Origin: a bacterium
GTDB taxonomy: Bacteria > UBA8248
Reading direction: 5' to 3'
DNA length: 64,000 bases
NCBI GenBank assembly: GCA_965199855.1
Contig: OZ241326.1
Coordinates: forward strand, 1,856,001-1,920,000
Shown here: one piece after another, positions 19,419 to 31,169 of the stretch
How positions within the stretch are numbered: the first letter of the stretch is position 1
Layout: every line of letters begins with the position of its first letter
Program-made: the position numbers and the translations under genes
Notes under the pieces: model-generated
What the model was told of the DNA's origin: nothing
What the model saw: the letters and a program-made list of their open reading frames with translations, nothing else
Database searches by the model: none

Positions 19419-20942
19419 GTGACCTCGGACATCGCGCGGGCGGCTTCTTCGAGAATCACAAGGGCATTCGAGTCCGGGGTGCGGAAGGGCCTCGAAAAAT
19501 GCGGCTACGAGGCGGGCCCCGCCCCCCTGCTCATCGGCTTCTCGGGCGGGGCGGACTCCACGGCCCTTCTGCTCTCTCTCAAATCGCTTTTGGCGGAATC
19601 CCGTCCCCTGCGCGCCGTCCACGTCGAACACGGGCTTCGGGGCGCGGCGTCCCGCAAGGATGCCGAGCGCGCCGGGGAGCTGTGCCGGCGGATCCGCGTT
19701 CCGTTTCGCTGCGAGCGCGTTCGCGTGCCGCGGGCGCCGCGGCGGGGGCTGGAGGCGGCCGCCCGGGAAGCGAGGCGCGCGGCCTTTCTGGCCGTCGCCC
19801 GGGAGACGGGGGCGGATGTCCTCGCCCTGGCGCACAACAGGGACGATCAGGCCGAGACCGTCCTCATGCGCCTGTTTGAAGGGGCGGGCGCGAGAGGGGT
19901 TTCGGGCATCAGATGGCGGACCCCGCTCTCGTCAAAAGAAGACGACGCGCCCTGCGTCATCCGGCCCCTGCTGGACGCGCCGCGCGCGGAAATCCTCGAA
20001 TACCTGGAGGCGCGGGGCGTCTCCTGGGTCGAGGACGAGACCAACGAGGACGAAAGCCGCCTGCGAAACAGGCTGCGCGGGAAAATCCTGCCGGCGATTC
20101 GGGAGCATCTGGGCGAGGCGGCCGTCGGCGGAATCGCCCGGAGCGCGGAAATCTCTGCGCCGCTCGCTTCCTTCGTCGATGAAATGACGGCGGACGCGGC
20201 GGGGCGCTTCATCCGCGAGAACGACGGGGAGCTCGCGGTTTTTCCGCTGGGGGAGGTGGGGAGACTGCCCCGGGCGCTCCGGGCCGGCGTCTGGCGCGCG
20301 GCGATCGAGGGGCTGGAAGGCGGCTCGCGCGGCCGCAGGCGCGCCCTCCGGAAATGGATCGAGGCGCTGGACGCCCTGGCGACGGGAGAGAACCCCTCGG
20401 GCGCCTTGAGTCTGCCGGACGGCCTGGGGGCGAGAAGGGAATATGATCGCCTCATCTTCGGGCCTCTCCCTTCCGATTCGGAATTGCCCGAGGAGCGGGC
20501 GCTGCGGATTCCGGGAAAAACGCTTCATCGCTCCCTGGGCGTCGAGATAGAAGCGTTTCCGGGCTTCGCGCATTCTTGCGAAGGCTTGTGGGAAGCGCGC
20601 CTCGACGCGGAAAAACTGGGCGCGAACGCCTGCGTCCGCACCCGGCGCGGCGGGGATCGCTTCCATCCCCCGGGCCGACGAAAAGAGAGGAAGCTCAAGG
20701 ATTATCTCATCGAGCGGAAAACGCCGAAGCGCCTGAGAAACCGAATTCCCCTGCTCGCCGTGGAGAACCGGGTGGCGTGGATCATCGGCCATGGCGTTTC
20801 GGCGGAGTTCGGCTCGGAGGGCGGCGCGGGGGGGAGGGGAGTCGTCCTCAAGGCGCGGAGCGAGGGCGGCGGGAAGCCTCCTGATTCGGCGATCGCGCAG
20901 CCGGGTTTTTCCCGCATGGACGGATGGAGAAAATCCTGCTAG
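19419..20942 (+). CDS. tilS: tRNA(Ile)-lysidine synthase
   Basis: SGGADS PP-loop, HVEHGLR, EAAAREAR, AHNRDDQAET, RNRLR. Directly precedes ftsH. Confidence 0.94.
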   Translation: MTSDIARAASSRITRAFESGVRKGLEKCGYEAGPAPLLIGFSGGADSTALLLSLKSLLAESRPLRAVHVEHGLRGAASRKDAERAGELCRRIRVPFRCERVRVPRAPRRGLEAAAREARRAAFLAVARETGADVLALAHNRDDQAETVLMRLFEGAGARGVSGIRWRTPLSSKEDDAPCVIRPLLDAPRAEILEYLEARGVSWVEDETNEDESRLRNRLRGKILPAIREHLGEAAVGGIARSAEISAPLASFVDEMTADAAGRFIRENDGELAVFPLGEVGRLPRALRAGVWRAAIEGLEGGSRGRRRALRKWIEALDALATGENPSGALSLPDGLGARREYDRLIFGPLPSDSELPEERALRIPGKTLHRSLGVEIEAFPGFAHSCEGLWEARLDAEKLGANACVRTRRGGDRFHPPGRRKERKLKDYLIERKTPKRLRNRIPLLAVENRVAWIIGHGVSAEFGSEGGAGGRGVVLKARSEGGGKPPDSAIAQPGFSRMDGWRKSC

Positions 20943-20993
20943 TCTGTTCTTGAACGCGAGGGAGACGCCCACCCGAAAGAGAAGGAACGGGAC

Positions 20994-22913
20994 TTGAACC
21001 AATTCTACAAGAACCTGGCGCTTTGGCTGATCATCGGCCTGATCATGGTGGGGCTGTTCCAGGCCTTCAACGGCCCGCGCTCGATGGACAGGACGGTCGT
21101 CTACAGCGACTTCCTCAAGGCGGTGGCCGCCGGGCAGGTGAGCGAGGTGGTCGTCCAGGGCGACAACATCCGGGGGCGCTATCTGAGCGGCGCCCCGTTT
21201 CAAACCTACGCCCCCAAGGACCCGAAGCTTATCGACACCCTCCGCGCCAAGGGCGTCCGCATCACGGCGAAGCCCGTGGAGCAGAACGCCTGGTATATGA
21301 GCCTGCTGATGAGCTGGCTGCCGATGCTGCTGATGCTGGGGGTGTGGATTTTCTTCATGCGCCAGATGCAGCTGGGCGGCTCCAAGGCGCTCTCGTTCGG
21401 AAAGAGCAAGGCGCGGATGATGCCCGATTCCGCGAAGAAGAAAATTACGTTCGCGGACGTGGCCGGCATCGAGGAGGCGAAGGAGGAGCTCGAGGAGCTC
21501 GTGGACTTCCTCCGCGATCCGCAGAAATTCACGCGCCTGGGCGCGCGCATTCCGAAGGGCGTTCTCATGGTCGGCCCGCCGGGAACGGGCAAGACCCTGC
21601 TGGCGCGCTCCATCGCGGGCGAGGCGGACGTGCCGTTCTTCTCCATCAGCGGATCGAGCTTCGTGGAGATGTTCGTCGGCGTCGGAGCGTCGAGGGTTCG
21701 CGACCTGTTCGAGCAGGGCAAGTCGAACGCGCCGTGCATCATTTTCATCGACGAGATTGACGCCGTAGGACGGCACCGCGGCGCCGGTCTCGGCGGCGGC
21801 CACGACGAGCGCGAGCAGACGCTCAACCAGCTCCTCGTCGAGATGGACGGCTTCGAGTCGAACGACGGGGTGATTCTGGTGGCGGCGACGAACCGGCCGG
21901 ACGTCCTGGACCCCGCCCTCCTCAGACCGGGCCGCTTCGATCGCCAGATTATCGTCTCCCTGCCGGACATCAAGGGGCGGCTGGCGATTCTGAAGGTGCA
22001 CGCCCAGAAGGTGCCGCTCGCCGAAGCCGCCGATTTGAACCTCATCGCCCGGGGCACGCCGAGGTTCGCGGGCGCCGACCTGGCGAACCTGCTGAACGAG
22101 TCCGCGCTCCTGGCGGCGCGGCGCGGAAAGCGCGCCGTTGAAAACGACGACCTCATGGAGGCGAAGGACAAGGTTCTCATGGGCAAGGAGCGGCGCAGCA
22201 TGGCGCTCAGCGAAAAGGAGAAGAAGAACACGGCCTACCACGAGGCGGGGCACGCCCTCGTCTCGCAGCTCATACCGGGGACGGACCCGGTCGAGAAGGT
22301 GACCATCATTCCGCGGGGCTTTTCGCTGGGAAGCACGTGGTCTTCGCCCGAGGAGGACCGCTACAGCAACGACAAGACGTTTCTGACGAACCAGCTCGCC
22401 TGCCTGATGGGAGGACGCGCGGCGGAGATGCTGGTTTTCGAGGAGCTGACCACGGGGGCGAAGGCCGACATCCAGTCGGCGACCGACCTGGCGAGAAGCA
22501 TGGTCTGCGAATGGGGGATGAGCGAGAAGCTCGGGCCCCTGGCCTACGGCAAGAAGCACGAGCAGATTTTTCTGGGCCGCGAAATCTCCCAGCACAGGGA
22601 CTACAGCGACCACGTGGCCCTGGAGATCGACAGCGAGGTGAAGGGGATGGTCTCCTCGGGCTACGACCGCGCCTACGGGCTGCTCGAGGAGAACCGGGAC
22701 AAGCTCGATTTGCTCGCCGACGCCCTGCTCGAATACGAAACCATCGACCTCAAGGACATCGAGTCCCTGATGGCGACCGGAAAAATCTCCAGAAGCCCGA
22801 AGAGCAAGGACGGGGTCGGCGAGGGGGACGCCCCCGTCTCTCCGCAGCCCGGGAAAGAGCCCCAGGAGGGCTCGCAGGCGTCGCCGCCGGATCTCGCGCC
22901 CGGACAGGCCTGA
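20994..22913 (+). CDS. ftsH: ATP-dependent zinc metalloprotease FtsH
   Basis: [31 protein letters not shown]. Confidence 0.98.
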   Translation: MNQFYKNLALWLIIGLIMVGLFQAFNGPRSMDRTVVYSDFLKAVAAGQVSEVVVQGDNIRGRYLSGAPFQTYAPKDPKLIDTLRAKGVRITAKPVEQNAWYMSLLMSWLPMLLMLGVWIFFMRQMQLGGSKALSFGKSKARMMPDSAKKKITFADVAGIEEAKEELEELVDFLRDPQKFTRLGARIPKGVLMVGPPGTGKTLLARSIAGEADVPFFSISGSSFVEMFVGVGASRVRDLFEQGKSNAPCIIFIDEIDAVGRHRGAGLGGGHDEREQTLNQLLVEMDGFESNDGVILVAATNRPDVLDPALLRPGRFDRQIIVSLPDIKGRLAILKVHAQKVPLAEAADLNLIARGTPRFAGADLANLLNESALLAARRGKRAVENDDLMEAKDKVLMGKERRSMALSEKEKKNTAYHEAGHALVSQLIPGTDPVEKVTIIPRGFSLGSTWSSPEEDRYSNDKTFLTNQLACLMGGRAAEMLVFEELTTGAKADIQSATDLARSMVCEWGMSEKLGPLAYGKKHEQIFLGREISQHRDYSDHVALEIDSEVKGMVSSGYDRAYGLLEENRDKLDLLADALLEYETIDLKDIESLMATGKISRSPKSKDGVGEGDAPVSPQPGKEPQEGSQASPPDLAPGQA

Positions 22914-23025
22914 GCTTCTCCCCGAACTCCGGATTGATGACGCCCCGGCGCCGCTCCCGCGCGCCCGCGCCGGACGGCCGCGCCGCGCCTTCTCGGGGCG
23001 CTTTCTCCATCGCCGGGAGAGTGAG

Positions 23026-23754
23026 GTGCCCAAACTCTGCGTGAACGTGGATCACGTCGCCACCATCCGGGAGGCGCGCAAGACGAACGAGCCCGATCCG
23101 GTGGCGGCCGCGCTCATCGCCGAGCGCGCGGGGGCGGCCGGCATTACGGTTCACCTGCGCGAGGACAGAAGGCATATTCAGGACAGGGACCTGCGCCTGC
23201 TGCGCCAGGTGGTTCGGGGCAAGCTCAACCTGGAGATGGCGTCCGTGTCCGAGATGCGGGACATCGCGCTGGAGGTGCGGCCGGAGCAGGCTACCCTCGT
23301 CCCCGAGCGGCGCGAGGAGATAACGACCGAGGGCGGGCTGGACGCGGCGGCCGGCGCCGGACATATCGCCGGGCTTCTGGAGCCGCTTCGCGCGGCGGGG
23401 ATTCTGCTGAGCCTTTTCGTCGATCCCGCTCCCGCCCAGATGGAAGCCGCCGGGGCGCTGGACGTCGATTTCGTGGAGCTGAACACGGCGGCCTATTCCG
23501 AAGCCGCGGACGGCGCCTCCCGCGAGAAGGAGCTGGAGGCTCTCCGCCGCGCCGCCGAGCAGGCCCACGCCCTCGGCCTGGGCGTTCACGCGGGCCACGG
23601 GCTGACCTACCTCAACGCGCGCCCGGTGGCCGCGCTTCCCCGCCTGCAGGAGCTGAACATCGGCCACAGCATCGTCTCGCACGCCGTTTTCGTCGGCATG
23701 GAAAGAGCCGCGCGCGAGATGGCGGAGCTCATCGAGCGGGCCGACGGCGCCTGA
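23026..23754 (+). CDS. pdxJ: Pyridoxine 5'-phosphate synthase
   Basis: [40 protein letters not shown]. Confidence 0.96.
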   Translation: MPKLCVNVDHVATIREARKTNEPDPVAAALIAERAGAAGITVHLREDRRHIQDRDLRLLRQVVRGKLNLEMASVSEMRDIALEVRPEQATLVPERREEITTEGGLDAAAGAGHIAGLLEPLRAAGILLSLFVDPAPAQMEAAGALDVDFVELNTAAYSEAADGASREKELEALRRAAEQAHALGLGVHAGHGLTYLNARPVAALPRLQELNIGHSIVSHAVFVGMERAAREMAELIERADGA

Positions 23755-23756
23755 AC

Positions 23757-25343
23757 GTGCCGATTCCCGTCGTCACCCCGCAGGAAATGTCGAACATCGA
23801 CAAGCGCGCCATCCGGGAATACGGCATTCCCTCCGCCTGCCTGATGGAGACGGCCGGGGCGGTCTCCGCCCGGAAGATCTGGGAAAAATACGGGCGCGGC
23901 GGGCTTCGCGTCCTGGTCGTTTGCGGGAAGGGCGGCAACGGAGGAGACGGCTTCGCCGCCGCCAGACACCTGCGAAACGCCGGGGCGGACGTCCGCGCCG
24001 CGGCGCTGTTTCCCCTGGACGAGGCCGCGGGCGATTCCGCCGTTTTCCTGAAGGCGCTGAGGAAGATGGACGTTCCCGTCCTCGAGGTGGGCGAGGGGAG
24101 CGCCGCGTCCCTGGAGGAGAGGGCGAAAGACGCGGACGTAATCGTGGACGCCATTCTGGGAACGGGGTTTCGTCCCCCGGCGCGGGGGCTTCCGGCGGAG
24201 GCGATCCGCGTTCTCGCGGCGTGCGGCGCTCCCGTCGCGGCCATCGACGTGCCCTCGGGGCTCGACGCCGGAACCGGCGAGGCCGGGCTTCCGCACGTCG
24301 CCGCCGACCTCACCCTCGCCCTGGGCGCCTTGAAGCGCGGACACCTCCTCATGCCGGCCGCCGCGCGCGTGGGCGAGCTCGTGAAGCTCGACATAGGGAT
24401 TCCCCAAAAATGCGTGGACGAGGAGGAGGCGGCGCTCCGCGTCACGGAGCCTTCCGACGCGGCGCGGAACCTGCCCCGGCGCGCCCCCGACGCCCACAAG
24501 GGAGACGCCGGCCACCTCTTCGTGCTGGGCGGCGCGCCCGGCATGTCGGGCGCCGCCCTGCTGACGGCCATGGCGGCGCTGCGCGCGGGCGCGGGCCGGG
24601 TGACGCTCTGCGCGCCGGAAAGCATTCGCCCGCTCGTGGAGGGTAGGCATCCGGAAGTCATGACCCTCTCGCTGCCGGCCACGGAGGCCGGCTCCGCGGC
24701 TCCCGCGGCGTTCGACCTCATCCTCGAGCGCTCGGAGGACATGAGCGCCCTGGTCGCGGGGCCCGGCCTCACGACGAATCCCCGGACGGTGGAGCTCGTC
24801 CACCGACTCGTCCAGCACGTCGACGCCCCCCTCGCGCTGGACGCCGACGGCCTGAACGCGCTCTCCCGGGATTTGACCATTCTGGACGGCAGGTCCGCGC
24901 GGCTGGCGCTGACGCCGCATCCCGGCGAAATGGCGCGGCTGCTGGGCGTCTCGACCCGCGAGGTGCAGGAGGATCGCGTCGCCCAGGCGAGCCGCTTCGC
25001 CGCGCGCCATCAGGTGGACGTCGCGCTGAAGGGCTGGGGAACGATTGTCGCCACGGCGGAGGGAGAAGCCTGGTACAATCCCACCGGAAACTCCGCCATG
25101 GCCACCGCCGGCAGCGGGGACGCGCTGGCGGGCGTCGTCGGCGCCCTGCTCGCCCAGGGGCTTTCGGGCAAATGGGCGCTGGCGTGCGGCGTCTATCTGC
25201 ACGGCCTGGCCGGGGATCTGGCCTCCGGGGAGATGGGCGGAATCGGCGTCACGGCGACCGATATTCTGCAGGCGCTTCCGAGGGCGAGGCGAAGCCTCCT
25301 CGCGGACGCGGGAGGCTCCGACGCTGCTCGAATTTCCCTTTGA
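23757..25343 (+). CDS. nnr: Bifunctional NAD(P)H-hydrate epimerase/dehydratase
   Basis: GKGGNGGDG, DAILGTG, DVPSG, DADGLN, TPHPGE, ATAGSGDALAG. Confidence 0.93.
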   Translation: MPIPVVTPQEMSNIDKRAIREYGIPSACLMETAGAVSARKIWEKYGRGGLRVLVVCGKGGNGGDGFAAARHLRNAGADVRAAALFPLDEAAGDSAVFLKALRKMDVPVLEVGEGSAASLEERAKDADVIVDAILGTGFRPPARGLPAEAIRVLAACGAPVAAIDVPSGLDAGTGEAGLPHVAADLTLALGALKRGHLLMPAAARVGELVKLDIGIPQKCVDEEEAALRVTEPSDAARNLPRRAPDAHKGDAGHLFVLGGAPGMSGAALLTAMAALRAGAGRVTLCAPESIRPLVEGRHPEVMTLSLPATEAGSAAPAAFDLILERSEDMSALVAGPGLTTNPRTVELVHRLVQHVDAPLALDADGLNALSRDLTILDGRSARLALTPHPGEMARLLGVSTREVQEDRVAQASRFAARHQVDVALKGWGTIVATAEGEAWYNPTGNSAMATAGSGDALAGVVGALLAQGLSGKWALACGVYLHGLAGDLASGEMGGIGVTATDILQALPRARRSLLADAGGSDAARISL

Positions 25344-25758
25344 GGCGCGAAGCGGCTCCGTGGAGCGGACGGCCGCGCTGGGCGCGCGGCTGGCGAGGGC
25401 GTCGCGGCCCGGCGAGGTCGTTTTGCTCGACGGCGACCTGGGCTCCGGGAAAACCGTATTCGCAAGGGGCTTTGTCGGCGCGCTGCCGGGGGGCGAGGGC
25501 CGGGTCGTCAGGAGCCCCACCTTCGTCTATGTCCACCATTACCCGACCGCTCCGCCCGTTCACCACATCGATCTGTATCGCCTCCCCAGGGGCGCGGACC
25601 TCGAGGGAATGGGGCTGTGGGAGCATATCGGGGAGGGCGACTTCGTCCTGATCGAATGGCCCAACCACGTGGAGCGGCGGCGCTTCCCCGCGCTTACCCG
25701 CGTCGAGTTCGAGACCCTGGCGGGAGGCGAGCGGCGGCTCCGCGTCTCCCGTCCGTGA
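25324..25758 (+). CDS. tsaE: t6A biosynthesis ATPase TsaE (start uncertain, possibly CTG after GGAGG)
   Basis: GDLGSGKT, SPTF, HIDLYRL, IEWP. Follows nnr as usual. Confidence 0.88.
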   Translation: MLEFPFEARSGSVERTAALGARLARASRPGEVVLLDGDLGSGKTVFARGFVGALPGGEGRVVRSPTFVYVHHYPTAPPVHHIDLYRLPRGADLEGMGLWEHIGEGDFVLIEWPNHVERRRFPALTRVEFETLAGGERRLRVSRP

Positions 25759-26065
25759 AGCGAATTCGGCGCGCGCCATTGCGGCGTCCCCGGTCGGGCG
25801 GGGGAGCGGGCGGCCGCGATGACGATAAAAGGCGGAAAACCCCTCAGCCTGCGCCGGGCGCGCTGTCCCCATCCCATGAATTTTCTTTACAGGAAAAGAA
25901 AAGGGTGGCAATCTGGCGGAGGCATTGTCCTTGCGTACGATGCCGGGGAAGGAGGCTTGGCGAGCCGGAGCGGGGACGTTGCGGGGTTCCCCCGGGCGGG
26001 CCTCCGAATTCCCGGAACCGCGCGGACGAAACGCCGAAGGCCGCCGCCGTCTTGAGGGGTTCCCG

Positions 26066-26659
26066 ATGGCTTTCCGCAAGGCGCTGAGAATAACGCTGCT
26101 CGGCGCTCTGCTCGCCACCTGCGGCGTCGTCGCCTATTTTCTCACGCAGTCTTCGGGCTACCGGTTCAGCGCGGGAGACGTTTCGTTCAGGGGTTCGGAC
26201 GCGGATCTGGATATAGACGGAATGCACGTCGTTCAGAACGCGGAGGGCGTGAAGCAGTGGGAGCTGTGGGCGGACTCCGCCCGGGTGTATCGCGGGAAGG
26301 ACGTAACCGTTCTGAAGAATCTTCGCCTTCGCTTCTACCCGAACGACGGCGAGGCGGCGGACGTAAGCGCCCGGCAGGGGACGATGGAGAACAAGAGCCG
26401 GAACATGAGAATCAGCGGCGACGTCGTCATTCTCGCCTCCGACGGCGTTTCCCTGAAGACGGACGCCCTGCGCTTCCGCCCCGGGGAGAAGCGCATCGCC
26501 TCGGATTCGCGGGTGCTGATAGAGGGCGCCCGCTTTCGTCTGAGCGGCACGGGCCTGCGGGGCCGAACGGATCTCGGGCGCTACGAACTGCGGGAGAAGG
26601 TGAGCGCGACGATCTACGGCGCCGGCGAGGCGGCATCCCCGTCGGCGGAGAGAAACTGA
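26066..26659 (+). CDS. lptC: LPS export protein LptC
   Basis: N-terminal TM helix, WELWADSA, beta-jellyroll pattern; upstream of lptA and lptB. Confidence 0.82.
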   Translation: MAFRKALRITLLGALLATCGVVAYFLTQSSGYRFSAGDVSFRGSDADLDIDGMHVVQNAEGVKQWELWADSARVYRGKDVTVLKNLRLRFYPNDGEAADVSARQGTMENKSRNMRISGDVVILASDGVSLKTDALRFRPGEKRIASDSRVLIEGARFRLSGTGLRGRTDLGRYELREKVSATIYGAGEAASPSAERN

Positions 26660-26718
26660 ACCTCCCGGCGCGCGGGGCGCCGCGCGGCCGGGCCGAGGGG
26701 AGCGGCCTGACCTTGAGA

Positions 26719-27306
26719 ATGAGAAGCCGCCGCCTGAAGCGCTTTGGCGGCCTCATCCGCGCGGGGCTGTGCGCGTGCCTTCTGCTGTGGGGCGCAGCCG
26801 CCGCGGACGGGCAGGAGCGCGGCGGGAAGCGCCGGGCGAACGACGGGAAGCCGCTCCGCGTCACCTCCGACAAAATGGAGGTGATGAGCAGGGAGAATCT
26901 CATCGTGTTTCTGGGAGACGTGAAGGCGAACCGGGGGGATTTGCGCATCCAGGCGAATCGCCTCGAGGTCTATACGCGGGAAGGGAAGCGGACGGGAGCG
27001 AAGCCCGAGGCCGCCGCCGGGGGCGCGGGCGAGATCGACAGAATCGTGGCCATCGGAAACGTGCTGATGGATCAGGGCAGGAGAAGGTTCGCCGCGGCCG
27101 AGAGGCTCGAATACAGGGAATCCACAGGCGTCGCCGTCCTGACGGGCAGCCCCCGCGCGTGGGAGGGGAAGAGCCAGGTGACGGGCGCCAGAATCGAGAT
27201 GAACCTGAGAGAAGAGAAAACGATCGTGCGCGGCTCGCCCCGCCAGAGAGTCGATGTTACCCTTTTTCCCTCCGGCGAGACGCCCCCTCGCAAAAAATCC
27301 AACTAG
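26719..27306 (+). CDS. lptA: LPS transport periplasmic protein LptA
   Basis: Signal peptide, [24 protein letters not shown] (OstA-like). Confidence 0.85.
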   Translation: MRSRRLKRFGGLIRAGLCACLLLWGAAAADGQERGGKRRANDGKPLRVTSDKMEVMSRENLIVFLGDVKANRGDLRIQANRLEVYTREGKRTGAKPEAAAGGAGEIDRIVAIGNVLMDQGRRRFAAAERLEYRESTGVAVLTGSPRAWEGKSQVTGARIEMNLREEKTIVRGSPRQRVDVTLFPSGETPPRKKSN

Positions 27307-27310
27307 AGCC

Positions 27311-28075
27311 ATGGCCGCGCCGACGAACGGCGGACTCGCGGAGCGGACGGGGGCCGCTTCCGTCCTCGCCACGGGCCTGACGAAAAGCTACGCGGGCCGG
27401 GAGGTCGTCTCCGGCGTGGAGATCGAGGCGCGCCCGGGTGAAATCGTGGGACTGCTCGGGCCGAACGGGGCGGGCAAGACGACGATATTCTACATGATCG
27501 TCGGCCTGGTCGCCCCGGACGCGGGCCGGATTTTCCTGAACGGCGAAGAAATCACCGACCAGCCTATGTATGCGCGCGCCAGGCGGGGAATCAGCTATCT
27601 GCCGCAGGAGGCGTCCGTGTTCCGCAGGCTTTCCGTGAGGGACAACGTCATGGCGGCGCTCGAGCTGGCCGGCGGCGGCGCGGACCGCCGAAAGGAGCGG
27701 CTGGAGGAGATTCTGGAGGATCTGGACATCGGGCGCATCCGGTCCCTGAAGGGATACGCCCTCTCCGGCGGCGAGCGCAGGCGCGTGGAGATCGCCCGCG
27801 CGCTCGCCGCGCGCCCCGCCTTCATGCTCCTCGACGAGCCCTTCGCCGGCATCGACCCCATCGTGATGCACGACATACAGAACATCGTCGTGGGGCTGAA
27901 GGAGCGGGGCATCGGCATCATCCTCACGGATCACAACGTGCGCGAGACGCTCCGGATATCCGACCGCGCCTACGTCATCAGCGAGGGCGAGATACTGGAG
28001 TCCGGCGCGCCGGAGAAGATCGCCGTGAGCGAGAAGGCCCGAAGCGTCTATCTGGGCGAAAAATTCAGGCTCTGA
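27311..28075 (+). CDS. lptB: LPS export ABC ATPase LptB
   Basis: [48 protein letters not shown]. Confidence 0.96.
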   Translation: MAAPTNGGLAERTGAASVLATGLTKSYAGREVVSGVEIEARPGEIVGLLGPNGAGKTTIFYMIVGLVAPDAGRIFLNGEEITDQPMYARARRGISYLPQEASVFRRLSVRDNVMAALELAGGGADRRKERLEEILEDLDIGRIRSLKGYALSGGERRRVEIARALAARPAFMLLDEPFAGIDPIVMHDIQNIVVGLKERGIGIILTDHNVRETLRISDRAYVISEGEILESGAPEKIAVSEKARSVYLGEKFRL

Positions 28076-28097
28076 GCGGAAGACGGGGGAAGCGGGC

Positions 28098-29540
28098 ATG
28101 GCTTTGGGGCACAATCTGGAGGCGAGGGCGGAGCAGCGCCCGGTCATGACGGCCGCGCTCCAGCAGGCGATCGCCCTTCTGCCCCTGAGCCGCGCGGAAA
28201 TGCAGCAGGCGGTTCAGCGGGAGATGCTGGAGAATCCCCTGCTGGAGGAAATCCAGGACGAGGCGAGAGAAGCGGCCGACGGCGAGACGCCGCCGGAGCT
28301 GCGGGAGGACGCGCCCGAAGGCGGGAGCGATGAAAGGGACGAGATGGAAATCGCCTGGGAGAGCGTCGCGCAGGACGCCTGGGAGGATTTCCCGCCCCCT
28401 GCCTCCGATGACGATTTTCCCTCTCCCGAGCAGACGCTGGCGCGGCGCGACACCCTGCACGAGCATCTCTCGCGGCAGCTGAGCCTCTCGCGGGCGCCCG
28501 GGCCGATAGCGCGGGTCGCCGGACAGATTATCTGGAACCTGAACGATCGGGGCTATCTCGAGGCCGACCCGGAGGAGCTGGCGGCAGGCGTCGGGCTCGG
28601 GCGCGCCGAAGCGGAGAGGGCGCTGAGGCTGGTGCAGGGCTTCGACCCGCCCGGCATTGGCGCGAAAACACTTCAGGAATGCCTACTTATCCAGTTGAAT
28701 AATTTGATGTTGTATATGGATGAAAACGACGGGATCGTGGAGCTGGCGCGAAGCCTGGCGCTTCACGACATCGAGAAGCTGGATGAGCGTCAGTATGCGA
28801 GGCTCGCCCGGGCGAACGGCGTCGGGGTGGAGGACGTCGTCGAGGCCATGCGCGTCATCCGCAGTCTCGATCCCCATCCCGGGCTGCGCTTTTCCGACCA
28901 GAGGACGGAGGTCGTGACCCCGGACGTGAGCGTCGAGAAGCGGGGGGGCGACTACGAGGTGACGCTCAACGACGACGGCCTGCCCCCCCTGCGCGTCAGT
29001 TCCCGCTACGCGCTCATGGCCGCCGACAAGACAGGCACGCCCCCCGAGACGCGGAAGTATCTGGATGAGAGGCTTCGGGCCGCCGCCTGGTTCGTCAAAA
29101 GCGTAGAGCAGAGGAGGCAGACGATTCTCAAGGTTTCCCGGAGCATCGTCCGCTTCCAGAAGGATTTTCTCGATCACGGCGTGAGCCGCCTGAAGCCCCT
29201 CGTCCTGCGGGACGTGGCGCGGGACATCGGGATGCACGAATCGACCGTGAGCCGCGTGACGACGGACAAGTATATGGATACGCCGCAGGGCGTCCTGGGC
29301 TTCAAGTATTTCTTCCACAGCGGCCTGGACACGGGGGCGGGGGAGAGCGCCTCCTCGATGGCGGTCAAGCAGCTCATCCGGAAGGCGGTGGAGCGGGAAA
29401 ATCCCCGAAAGCCGCTCACCGACGAGCGGATCGCGGAGAGTCTTCGGGAAGAGGACATAGTGATAGCGAGGCGCACGGTGGCGAAGTATCGCAAGGAGCT
29501 GCGCATCCTCCCTGCGAGCGGAAGACGCGCGAGACGCTAA
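28098..29540 (+). CDS. rpoN: RNA polymerase sigma-54 factor
   Basis: LQQAI..L, ENPLLE, MHESTVSRV, RpoN box ARRTVAKYR. Confidence 0.97.
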   Translation: MALGHNLEARAEQRPVMTAALQQAIALLPLSRAEMQQAVQREMLENPLLEEIQDEAREAADGETPPELREDAPEGGSDERDEMEIAWESVAQDAWEDFPPPASDDDFPSPEQTLARRDTLHEHLSRQLSLSRAPGPIARVAGQIIWNLNDRGYLEADPEELAAGVGLGRAEAERALRLVQGFDPPGIGAKTLQECLLIQLNNLMLYMDENDGIVELARSLALHDIEKLDERQYARLARANGVGVEDVVEAMRVIRSLDPHPGLRFSDQRTEVVTPDVSVEKRGGDYEVTLNDDGLPPLRVSSRYALMAADKTGTPPETRKYLDERLRAAAWFVKSVEQRRQTILKVSRSIVRFQKDFLDHGVSRLKPLVLRDVARDIGMHESTVSRVTTDKYMDTPQGVLGFKYFFHSGLDTGAGESASSMAVKQLIRKAVERENPRKPLTDERIAESLREEDIVIARRTVAKYRKELRILPASGRRARR

Positions 29541-29779
29541 GCGGCGAAGGCGCGGGCCGCGCGCGATTCGCGCTCGCGCCGCCGTGGCTCCCTGCGGCGA
29601 ATCGAGAGATTCCGCGGATCCGCCTGAAAAACAAGGGAAATGTCTGGTATCATCCCCCCATGCCGGCCATTCCGCCTCCGGGGAGGGCGGCTTCGGGGCT
29701 TTCCGCGGGGCTTCGTATCGCGCCGGCGGGAGACGCTCCATCTTCCGGAGCGTTCCGGCCTTGATTGTCGAGGAGCGAG

Positions 29780-30742
29780 ATGAGCCGGCTCTCGGTGTCC
29801 CAGCTATACGAAGACCTGCGCGAGGAGCTGGCGCTGTCCGTCCTCTCGGGCGAGTCCGGCATGGAGCGCCGGATCGGGCATACGCGCTTTCAAAAAAACG
29901 GGCTGCCGCTCGCCGGGTTCCTGAAGGCCGTGCATCCGGACAGGGTTCAGGTGTGGGGAAGCACCGAGATCGGCTTTCTGGAGCACCTGGAGGAGGGGGA
30001 GCGCGTCGAGGCGGCGCGCCGCTATTTCCGCCTGCCCCTGTGCGCCGTTCTGGTCACGGGAGGGAGGCGCGTTTTCCCGGACATCGCGGAGGCGTCCGCC
30101 GCCTCCGGCGTCCCGATTCTCGTCTCGGGGCTGCCGGGCGAGGACCTGCTGCCCAAATTGTCCGAATATCTCCAGGAGCATCTCTCCCTCCACGCGCGGC
30201 TGCACGGCGTTCTGGTTGACCTGTACGGCGTCGGCGTCCTCATCCAGGGGAAAAGCGGCATCGGGAAGAGCGAGTGCGCCCTCCATCTCGTCACCCGGGG
30301 GCACCGGCTCGTCGCCGACGACGTGGTGGACATCCAGCTGCGCGGGCATGAACTGGTCGGGAAGAGCACGGATTTGCTCAAGCACCACATCGAGGTGCGG
30401 GGGCTCGGCGTCCTGAACCTGAAAGACCTTTTCGGGGTCGTGGCGATTCGCTACGAGAAGAACGTGGACATCGTCGTGGAGCTGGTCCCCTGGACGCCGG
30501 ATTCGCCCTTCGAGCGCCTCGGAATCGACATCGAGACGCAGACGATCCTCGACAAGCCTCTGCCGCGCGTGCGGATTCCCGTCGCCCCGGGGCGGAACAT
30601 CCCCACGCTCATCGAGGTGGCGGCGAGGAACCTCCTGCTGCAGCGGATGGGCTACTTCTCCGCGCAGGAGTTCAGCCGCGCGCTCTCGGCGCGAATCGCG
30701 CTCGAATCGACGGGCGCGGGAAGCGAGAAGGGCTGGACGTGA
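29780..30742 (+). CDS. hprK: HPr(Ser) kinase/phosphorylase
   Basis: GKSGIGKSECAL, RGHRLVADD, EVRGLG, PGRN. Confidence 0.95.
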   Translation: MSRLSVSQLYEDLREELALSVLSGESGMERRIGHTRFQKNGLPLAGFLKAVHPDRVQVWGSTEIGFLEHLEEGERVEAARRYFRLPLCAVLVTGGRRVFPDIAEASAASGVPILVSGLPGEDLLPKLSEYLQEHLSLHARLHGVLVDLYGVGVLIQGKSGIGKSECALHLVTRGHRLVADDVVDIQLRGHELVGKSTDLLKHHIEVRGLGVLNLKDLFGVVAIRYEKNVDIVVELVPWTPDSPFERLGIDIETQTILDKPLPRVRIPVAPGRNIPTLIEVAARNLLLQRMGYFSAQEFSRALSARIALESTGAGSEKGWT

Positions 30743-31161
30743 TCGGTCTGGTGATCGTCGGACACGGGGACTACCCGGACGCCCTGCTTCACGCGGCGGC
30801 GTCCGTCCTCTCGGGCGCGGCGCAGATGAAGGCGCTCTCCCTGCGGCCCGACGCCGACCCCGCCGGATTCACGGAAAAAATAGAAAAAGCCGCCGCGGAG
30901 GTGGAGGCGGGCGAGGGGGTGATCATCATGACGGACATGATGGGCGGCGCGCCGACGAACGCGGCTCTTGCCATGCTGAATCATCCCGGTGTAGAGGTGG
31001 TAACGGGGGTGAACCTGCCGATGCTGCTGAAACTGCCGTTCATCAAGGGAAAAACAGTATCCGAAGCGGCGCGCTTCCTGGTGGAATACGGAAGGCGGAA
31101 TCTGGCCCAGCCGAGCGAGATGCTCAACTCCGCAAGACACCGCCCGACCGGGGAGGCGTAG
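30739..31161 (+). CDS. PTS mannose-type EIIA component
   Basis: IVGHG, TDMMGGAPTN, GVNLPML. Confidence 0.9.
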   Translation: MIGLVIVGHGDYPDALLHAAASVLSGAAQMKALSLRPDADPAGFTEKIEKAAAEVEAGEGVIIMTDMMGGAPTNAALAMLNHPGVEVVTGVNLPMLLKLPFIKGKTVSEAARFLVEYGRRNLAQPSEMLNSARHRPTGEA

Positions 31162-31169
31162 GCGCCGTC

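Noticed and set aside
19932-23033. Very long antisense ORFs, such as 1033 aa here and others opposite mutS, ntrY, the LpxC fusion and the oxidoreductase
   Set aside because: Shadow ORFs produced by high-GC codon usage; they show no recognisable motifs.
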